Below are positions 56,455 through 64,000 of a DNA stretch of 64,000 nucleotides, one piece after another; the stretch's first letter is position 1, and each line of letters opens with the position of its first letter. A model generated the notes under the pieces. The model worked only from the letters and a program-made list of their open reading frames with translations, was not told the origin of the DNA and did no database searches. Source of the stretch: Octopus vulgaris (taxonomy: Eukaryota). The position numbers and the translations under genes are program-made. The DNA lies in contig OX597836.1 in the NCBI GenBank assembly GCA_951406725.2, forward strand, positions 3,534,001 through 3,598,000, written 5' to 3'.

Positions 56455-57143
56455 CATAGAATATTATGAATTCAAAAAAGTTTTTACATAATTGCCACAT
56501 TGAATATTATGAATTCAAAAAAGTTTTTTTACATAATTGCCACATTACATGTATAAATATAGTCTTTGGTAACAGGGATATGTTAAGGGCATAAAGAAGT
56601 TCAACAGTGTGATGAGAATATTTGGAAAAATGGGCAGAAAAGAATAAAACAAATATAATATTGGAAATTTGGTTGCATACATTTTTCTCAATTCAACATT
56701 TCTGCTAAAACAGACAGGTCAGTAAACAAACTCGCCTTCAATTCATAATATTCTGTACGGACCCTGAGATGTATAATATATCCATTTTAATTTTTTCTGC
56801 CAATTTTTCAAATATTCTCACCATACTGTTGTACTTCCTTATGTCTTTAACATGTCCTTTTTACCAAAGACTGTATATATATACATGTAATGTGACAATT
56901 TGCAACAACCAATAATTAACGCAACCAAATTTCCAATAATATATTTGTTTTATTCTTTTCTGCCCATTTTTCCAAATATTCTCATCACACTGTTGAACTT
57001 CTTTATACCCTTAACATATCCCTGTTACCAAAGACTATATTTATACATGTAATGTGGCAATTATGTAAAAAAACTTTTTTGAATTCATAATATTCAATGT
57101 GGCAATTATGTAAAAAACTTTTTTGAATTCATAATATTCTATG

Positions 57144-57188
57144 TTACATTTGACAATCTTTTTCCAAAGAGTGAAACCGGTTAAGTAA
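57144..57188 (+). ncRNA. Hammerhead variant with U3-A8 core (right arm)
   Basis: Reads uuacau-UUGACAA-ucuuuuuccaaagagu-GAAA-ccgg-UU-aaguaa; identical to the left-arm copy except one helix I mismatch. Confidence 0.55.
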
Positions 57189-57226
57189 ATAAACATCTTT
57201 TAAATTGCATTTTCAAACCTTCTTTC

Positions 57227-57267
<41 letters not shown>

Positions 57268-57354
57268 CACACACACAAACATCGATTTTGCATTTCACTT
57301 GACAGATTCTTGAAGTGAACTATGAACTCGTGTTGAAACAAATTTTGTTCTAGC

Positions 57355-57448
<94 letters not shown>

Positions 57449-57514
57449 TCATGTGTGTTAGTAATGATAACACTTATAACTGTTCTGACTTGTTTAAATT
57501 GGGGTAAAATTATC

Positions 57515-57546
57515 AATTTTTCTTGTTTCTCTCGTTTTATTTCAGG
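57515..57546 (+). other. Candidate splice acceptor upstream of the PLAT CDS (possible start of the last exon / 5'UTR)
   Basis: Long polypyrimidine tract ttttcttgtttctctcgttttatttcAG|G, with AG at 57544-57545. Confidence 0.45.
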
Positions 57547-57811
57547 TCCACCGAAAAACTCTCCAACAAAACAAAACTTTGACTTCAAGACATTCACTAA
57601 CAGACTTTAAGATTTTGTGAGAGAAAGAGGAAGAGGAGCAAGAAGGAAAGGAGAGCAAGATTAGGGGGTGTTGGAGGGGAAGGGGAGCAAGCCCTTCTTT
57701 GTTTTTGTTTTTTGTTGGTTTTTGTAGAACTTGTTTCACATTCATAGTAAACACGTAACTATATGCATGAATATATACATGCACATATACGTATATACAT
57801 ACATATAAATT

Positions 57812-57862
<51 letters not shown>

Positions 57863-57918
57863 ATATACATACATATATAATATACACATATAAATATATA
57901 CATCTCTCAAATTGAACG

Positions 57919-57950
<32 letters not shown>

Positions 57951-58025
57951 TAGAGAGTCGGACGAACGGACAGACAGACGGACAGATAGATAGCACGTAG
58001 AGGGAAAATAACAAAAAGGCGATCA

Positions 58026-58085
<60 letters not shown>

Positions 58086-58139
58086 GAAGGAAGGAAGCAA
58101 GAAAGAAAGAAGAAAAGAGAGAAAGAAAAGAGAAAGAAG

Positions 58140-60023
58140 ATGGCAGTGGGTGTCACATGGTTTCTGTTCCCATTTTTATGGATGTTTCTTGTGTGTCATT
58201 CGAACCCGGCAAATATCAATAACAGCGCTGACTCTAATATGACCATCATCCCCACTGCCACCACCAGCACCGTCCACACCGCCAACACTACCATCACCAA
58301 CAACAACTCTAATATGACCACCGCCTCTGTCCTCCCCGCCATCAACAACAACAATATCCCCACCGCTTTCAACACAACTAGCACCACCAACACTACTACC
58401 ACAACCACCAACCTCAACAGCACTAACAACCATCATACCGTTTCTGAAACTACAATCACAGAATGGCAATTAACCATAACTACGGGAAATTCTACAGATG
58501 CTGGCACCAATGGTACTATTTACTTGAAGCTGAACGGTACCAAAGGTGTGTGGAACTTGGATATTACGGCGGGCGACGAATTATTCCAGAGGAACCAAGT
58601 CGACGTGTTCTCATGGTCGATGCCGGACATCGGTGTCTTGAAAGAAGTGGAACTTATCCACGTAGAATTCGACGTACATCTTTACCAAAGCTGGTGGCTT
58701 GAATCGATGATGTTATTGGATAAGTCTGCTGCCGTAGAATATTGGTTTAAATTTAATGGTTACATACCAGAGAACCAGTTCCATTACGGAGAAGTCATCC
58801 TTGTCCCGGATTTCGAACTTAAAGTTAATCTCACTGAACCCACAACCATGGCGACGATGATGTCCACCACAGTAACAAAGATGGTGAACTTGTCCAACTT
58901 AAATTCACTCAGCCCGTCATCTTCCGTTCACCAATCAGAATATTCTACGTTCTCCAATGTTCACGGTTCGGTGAGTCATTCTCTAAACGCAAGCATTCAA
59001 AATGTCTCTGCTACGGATCAGCAATCTGCCTCCGTTAGCAAGGTCAATGATTATCAAACTTCTTCAAGTTATCCGCCAAACCATCCAAAACATGGTGGCA
59101 ACAATAACATCAACACCGCCTTCACAACTGGTACTCTTTCTACGATTTCCAACCAGAACAGCGACAGCACCATTTACGACCATTTAGCTTCTCTAACCTC
59201 TTCTTTGCCGTCCTCGGTTTTAGAAACTTCTCGCACTTTTGTCAGTACTAATATGCAAACAACTTCTTTTCCCGATGAATTTCTGTTGACTTCCTCGCCA
59301 TATTTTCTTCCATCAAAAATAAATTCCGGAAGTTTCCAGCTTTTATCGACGTTCTCGAATCATAAATCAAAACTGAACGCAAGTGGAACCTCTCCAACCA
59401 ATTCTTCGGCGATGCTGTTCTCTAATTCGAAAACTCTAAATATTGAAACGTCAAAAGAAATAACGACCACAGATTTTGAACCGAACACCAGCCAAGAACC
59501 GTCTCAAACGGAAACCCAGCATTTTGTGAATTTATCCTCGTTTCCAAGTTTCTTCTCAACATCATCTTTCTCATCACCCTCATCTCATCTTTCTTCTTTT
59601 GCTCCCGCTACAACTTATTCCTCTCCCCGCGATGCATTGTCTTTGTTGCCCACCGAACAAATGATGTTATGTGTTTATTCTTCTTGCGGGCAACATTCTG
59701 CACTTTTAAGTTCGTTTTTCAACCAGGACGGTGGTAAGCGAGACAGCATTGACCAATCAGTAATCTTACCCTTGCAGGAAAGACTCATGAATATTTCCAA
59801 AGAGCTGACAGTTGACAAAAAAGGTCTCAGTAAATACAAAAGAACCAAATCAAGTGCTGTAGATAATCGTTACTCTGCAACAGCCATTGGTTACTTGGGG
59901 ATAACCGTGATTATAATACCGTTAGTTCTGGTGGTGGCCAGCGATTTAATGAGCTACCAAAAGTTTTTCTCTTATCGTAAAGACAAGATTAGGCCCACGG
60001 CCCCAAAGCCACCGTCAGTCTAA
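58140..60023 (+). CDS. Type I membrane glycoprotein: signal peptide, Thr/Asn-rich segment, PLAT/LH2 domain, Ser/Thr mucin-like stalk, single TM helix, short cytoplasmic tail (627 aa, uninterrupted CDS)
   Basis: Only long non-repetitive ORF in the window. ATG has A at -3 and G at +4. Hydrophobic N-terminus MAVGVTWFLFPFLWMFLVCHS. From ~58461 to 58800 it matches the PLAT pattern (WQLTITTG..DAGTNGTIYLKLNGTKG..FQRNQVDVF..DIGVLKEVELIH..WWLESM..YWFKFNGYI). TM segment ATAIGYLGITVIIIPLVLVVA at ~59877-59940. Confidence 0.88.
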   Translation: MAVGVTWFLFPFLWMFLVCHSNPANINNSADSNMTIIPTATTSTVHTANTTITNNNSNMTTASVLPAINNNNIPTAFNTTSTTNTTTTTTNLNSTNNHHTVSETTITEWQLTITTGNSTDAGTNGTIYLKLNGTKGVWNLDITAGDELFQRNQVDVFSWSMPDIGVLKEVELIHVEFDVHLYQSWWLESMMLLDKSAAVEYWFKFNGYIPENQFHYGEVILVPDFELKVNLTEPTTMATMMSTTVTKMVNLSNLNSLSPSSSVHQSEYSTFSNVHGSVSHSLNASIQNVSATDQQSASVSKVNDYQTSSSYPPNHPKHGGNNNINTAFTTGTLSTISNQNSDSTIYDHLASLTSSLPSSVLETSRTFVSTNMQTTSFPDEFLLTSSPYFLPSKINSGSFQLLSTFSNHKSKLNASGTSPTNSSAMLFSNSKTLNIETSKEITTTDFEPNTSQEPSQTETQHFVNLSSFPSFFSTSSFSSPSSHLSSFAPATTYSSPRDALSLLPTEQMMLCVYSSCGQHSALLSSFFNQDGGKRDSIDQSVILPLQERLMNISKELTVDKKGLSKYKRTKSSAVDNRYSATAIGYLGITVIIIPLVLVVASDLMSYQKFFSYRKDKIRPTAPKPPSV

Positions 60024-60201
60024 GCATTCAACGAAGAAGAAGGGGAGGGTAGGAGGAGGAGGAGGAGGAGGAAGAAGAAGAAGAAGAAGAAGAAGAAGAA
60101 GAAGAAAAAGAAGAAGAAGAAGAAAAAAAAAGAAAAAAAAGGATATAAACAACCTAGTTCATAATAAGTCATTTTAACAGATGAAAGAAAGTACAATATA
60201 T

Positions 60202-60252
<51 letters not shown>

Positions 60253-60395
60253 AAATCTATCAGAAAGGAACTCTATCTCTCTTTTTGATAAGAATAACAA
60301 ATGCGCAACTGGTAAAAAGAACTTTCACCTAATTAAATTACTTAAATTACTTAAATTATTTTGTCAGCATTTTCTTCTTCTTTTATATATATATT

Positions 60396-60461
<66 letters not shown>

Positions 60462-60659
60462 GTCTACAACCTCAATATAATTGACAACTATAGGCACTGA
60501 AAGATTACTTTTTTCCATAGGCTGAAACAGCTGTAAGAGTGATTTTAATGATTTCAATAATTTATATTAAGATTCTTATAATTGTATTCTTATCTTATAT
60601 CTTATATGTATTGAATTATAATGCATATTTGTATGTTATTAAGGTTCTCGTTTTTGTTA

Positions 60660-60669
60660 AATAAATAAA
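60660..60669 (+). terminator. Candidate polyadenylation signal of the PLAT gene
   Basis: Overlapping AATAAA hexamers ~640 nt after the stop codon, followed by T-rich sequence. Confidence 0.4.
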
Positions 60670-60774
60670 TAAGTCAACATTCTAATATCCGAAATCTGAT
60701 GAACCAACTAAGTTGTTTCTCCATTTTCTTATTTGTATTATATATATATATATATATATAATATACATATATAC

Positions 60775-61294
60775 ACAAGGGTACCTATATTGCCAATGAT
60801 AGAAGTCAAAAGATACTTCTGTACCACCGAAAGGTCACAAATCTATTACAGACAAGATGGGAAAAAATATCAGTGAACAATAATAATATCTTACCTCAAA
60901 TGGGTCAAAACACGTAAATGCTAGCCAACTCGGTACCGGTTTCGAAATTTAGCGCCACCTAGGTGCGTGATTTCTCATCAGCCAAAGTCTGCCACCTAAA
61001 TAACTACTAACATTCTCCCTATCATGCCTGCGAAAGTTCGTTTGAAGGGACCAAGCAGCGCACGAACAAATGAAATGCGTAAAATCATTTATAAATAAGT
61101 ATAGGGATGGTATTATTAAAATACCATCACAAGTGGTAAGCGAATTATTAGCCGTACAGGCAAATTAATAAAAAATATACATACAGTACTAGATATGTAC
61201 ACATGAGTACTTATATCGCCAATGATAGGAGTGAAAAAAATACTTCTGTACCGCCGAAAGGTCACAAATCTATCTTGTCTGTAATACATTTGTG
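60775..61294 (-). mobile_element. Retrozyme-like / non-autonomous Penelope-like element with terminal direct repeat
   Basis: ~66-bp direct repeats at 60781-60846 and 61207-61273 (period 426 bp) enclose the hammerhead. The element abuts (TA)n on the left and (TG)n on the right. Confidence 0.6.
60928..60988 (-). ncRNA. Minimal type-I hammerhead ribozyme (canonical core)
   Basis: Minus strand reads acuuugg-CUGAUGA-gaaaucacgcaccuagguggcgcuaaauuuc-GAAA-ccgg-UA-ccgagu. Helix I uugg/ccga, helix II closed by G-C with gaaau/auuuc, palindromic helix III ACCGGU, GUA cleavage triplet. Confidence 0.85.
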
Positions 61295-61339
61295 TGTGTG
61301 TGTGCGTATGTATGTGCGTGTGTGTGTGTATGTGCGTGT

Positions 61340-62249
61340 GTGCGTGTGTGTCTGTGCTTGCCCCCCCCCCCAACATCGGTTGCCAACAGCTGCTGATGTG
61401 TTTACATCCCCGAGACGTAGCGGTTCGGCAAAAGAGACCGATAGAATAAGTACTAGACCTACAAAGAATAAGTGTTTGGATCGATTTGTTCGACTAAATT
61501 TGGTACTCCAGCATGGCCGTAGTCAAATGAATGAAACATGGTTCATCGTTTTTAAGTGAGTAGAAGAAGAAAAAAAAAGAAAAGAAATTGAAAATACCCG
61601 TCGTCACGGCCCTGGGGAAAGGTGGAAGTGATGGGGAAGTTAAAAAGTTTATAAATTAAAAATTGCTTTTTCTGTTTTATAAAAATCTTTCGCCTATCAT
61701 CTTGAAGTGAAAAGAAAAGAAAAAGAATAAATTTGCAAAGTCCCGTCAAAATGGAAAAAATTTCAGCTTATGTAGGCGACCTTCTGTTGACCACCGTCCA
61801 TGAGGGTTCGAGTATACCTCACGGTCGATGGTCAAGGGGAGTGCGTTCACTGTCATGCAGAAAATTTCCCGTGGGAAAGTTTCTTAATGATAAAATGTAC
61901 TGAATGTCTTCGTTACGGGTTCGAACCAGCCTCAAGTATATTTGAGGTGGTGACAGTTTTGTATCTATTAATACGTGTTTTTTCTTGTACGTGTTACAGT
62001 CATTAAACTCCGGCCATGCTGGAGCACGACCTTGAAATTTTTTTGTTTTAGTCGAGTGAATCGACCTCGGTACTTATTTTTCTATTTAAGCCAGGAACTA
62101 CTATCGGGTTCTTTCGCCAAACCGTTAGGTTACGGGACGGAAACCTACCACCACCGGTTGCCAAGAGGTGTTGCGGGACAAAACACAAACACACAAACAC
62201 ACACACACACACACACACACATACACACATACATACATACATACATACA

Positions 62250-62283
<34 letters not shown>

Positions 62284-62745
62284 CATACATACATATATAC
62301 ATTCATACATACATACATACATACATATATACATTCATACATACACGCACACATGTTATGGGCGAAGGATTGGTAAGAAGATTGCTTCCCATTCACAAGG
62401 TTCCAGGTTCGGTCCCACTGCGTGACACCTGGACAGGTGTCTTCTACTTTAGCCTCGGGCCGACCAAATCCTTGTGAGTAAATTTGGTAGTCGGAAACTG
62501 AAAGAAGACCGTCGTAAATATGTATGCATATATTTATATATAAATGTGTCTGTGTTTGTACCCCACGATTGCTTGACAACCGATGCTGGTGTGTTTACAT
62601 CCACGTAACTTAGCGGTACGGCCAAAGTGACCGATAGAATAAGTACTAGGCTAACAAAGAATAAGTCTTAGCGTTGATTTGTTCGACTAAAGGTGGTGCT
62701 CCAGCATGGCCACAGTCAAATAACTGAAACAAGTAAAGGAATAAA
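61340..62745. mobile_element. Cluster of SINE family A copies (61340-61540 +, ~61990-62200 -, ~62360-62745 +)
   Basis: Each matches the family A 3' module; the last copy also has a diverged head. Confidence 0.75.
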
Positions 62746-62852
62746 AGAATATATAAATACGTAATCATATCTATGTGTATGTGTGTGTGTTTGTACATAT
62801 ACACATAAAAACCATTGCATACGTACATATATTTATATATGCATATATATAT

Positions 62853-63068
62853 TTATGAGGTGGCGGGTGCTGAAACATTCCTGGTTTTAAGGGTATCGTG
62901 AAAGCTTGGTTGAGGGCCCAACCTCCCGTGTTCTTTTACAGAACTTAGAAAAGTTGTAGGACCGCTGCAATAAGTGTGTGAATCTGAAACGGGAATATGT
63001 TGAATAAAATCATAATTAACTGATCCTCCTGTATTTTCTTTTACTGAATCCCTGGAACCTTTTAGCAC
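62853..63068. mobile_element. Mariner-derived MITE
   Basis: Imperfect TIRs gtgctgaaacattcctgg / cctggaaccttttagcac. Internal cgctgcaataagtgtgtgaatctgaaacgggaatatgttgaataa encodes RCNKCVNLKREYVE*, a mariner end. A related copy lies at ~8725-8860 in the opposite orientation. Confidence 0.65.
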
Positions 63069-63073
63069 AATTC

Positions 63074-63147
<74 letters not shown>

Positions 63148-63189
63148 TGTTTGTGTGTCTTTCTGTATCTATGCATGTGTATTCCAAAA

Positions 63190-63535
63190 GTAGCGAAAGG
63201 TCCCGCCTAAAAGCAATACTGATGGAGATTGAAAAAAGCCTGCAACGGTCCTAAGTGATGAAGAGTGCAGACAAAGCCTGGGTCATAAAAAACATTAAAT
63301 CAAACCCAAATGACCTTCCCTCATTATGTGAAAGGAACAGCCTCATTATGCTGCAAGATAGGATCCTTCTTCCTAAAGGATGGCTCCCTCACACATAGCC
63401 CAACCATGATCAATGAGGTACTGAATGACCAGTTCAAATGTGTCTCTACCACCCCGTTGGAACACAGACAAATGAACGAACCGGCGGACTTCTTTGCCGC
63501 CTCACCTATAACCAACGAGGCAGTTACGAGGTTTA
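63190..63535 (+). mobile_element. CR1/Jockey-group LINE ORF2 linker fragment
   Basis: AWVIKNIKSNP, frameshift, then HYVKGTAS..KIGSF..DGSLT..INEVLNDQFKCVSTTP; matches the EN-RT linker K.NPK.F..Y....IG.L....A..LN..F.SVFT. Confidence 0.65.
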
Positions 63536-64000
63536 CCGATGCTGGTGGGTCCCCGTAAACTAGCGGTTCGGCAAAAGAAACAATAGAATAAGTCCTGGGG
63601 TAGATATGTCCTGCTAAAGGCGGTGTTCCAGCATGGCCTTACTGGAATGACTGAAACAGTTAAAAGAAAAAGAATTACGCGTATCTACACCCTCGGATAT
63701 GTGTGTGTTAGGGTGCGCGCACTCGCATGCTTTTATGTTTGTATTATTTGTAATTTTCTGTTTTTTGGGGGTTATTTTTATTTTCTTTATTTAAGCGCAA
63801 AACACGAAAGAAATGACAACAAAACTGACCTGTTATAAAATATTTTTATTATTATTAATATTGACACAAATGCTGAGTTTTATTCAAAATATCCATTATG
63901 GACTTTATAAAAATACTGTGGATATGTCCAAATAGTCATAGCAAGAATAAAACCCCACCTTCCCGGCCCTCAAATTATTTTTCCATATGAAAGACTTTGG

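Larger units (their letters stand above)
56371..57227. mobile_element. Long inverted-repeat element (~306-bp arms 56371-56676 and 56921-57227), probably inverted Penelope-like pseudo-LTRs; a MITE is the alternative
   Basis: Arms are near-perfect reverse complements (cgaaagaaggtttgaaaatgc... / ...gcattttcaaaccttctttcg) and both outer ends abut TATA. Each arm has an internal ~43-bp tandem duplication. The spacer holds a diverged third partial copy (~56791-56900). Each arm carries a hammerhead variant. Confidence 0.8.

Noticed and set aside
60012-60023. C-terminal PDZ-binding motif in the PLAT protein
   Set aside because: The tail ends P-P-S-V; position -2 is Pro, so it does not fit the class I S/T-X-V motif.

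Overview
This is AT-rich eukaryotic (animal) genomic DNA, dominated by microsatellites ((TA)n, (CA)n, (TAGA)n, (TATG)n, (TAT)n, (GAA)n, (TAG)n), tRNA-derived SINEs and decayed transposon fragments. The SINE families and repeat landscape look like an octopus/coleoid cephalopod genome (inference from recognition, not a database hit). Nearly all ORFs in the supplied track are microsatellite translations. One convincing host gene is present at 58140-60023 (+). Its uninterrupted 627-aa CDS encodes a signal peptide, a Thr/Asn-rich segment, a PLAT/LH2 domain, a long Ser/Thr stalk, one TM helix and a short tail. The most interesting non-coding signal is a set of minimal type-I hammerhead ribozyme motifs with palindromic helix III, at 9482 (+), 43818 (-) and 60928 (-). 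A further U3-A8 variant pair sits in the arms of a ~306-bp inverted repeat at 56371-57227. These motifs occur alongside decayed Penelope-like RT and GIY-YIG fragments and a retrozyme-like 426-bp unit. Two of the hammerhead-bearing elements bracket the PLAT gene. CR1-, RTE- and R4/Dong-like LINE fragments and Tc1/mariner/pogo remnants are also recognisable. All calls were made by eye; repeat boundaries are approximate.
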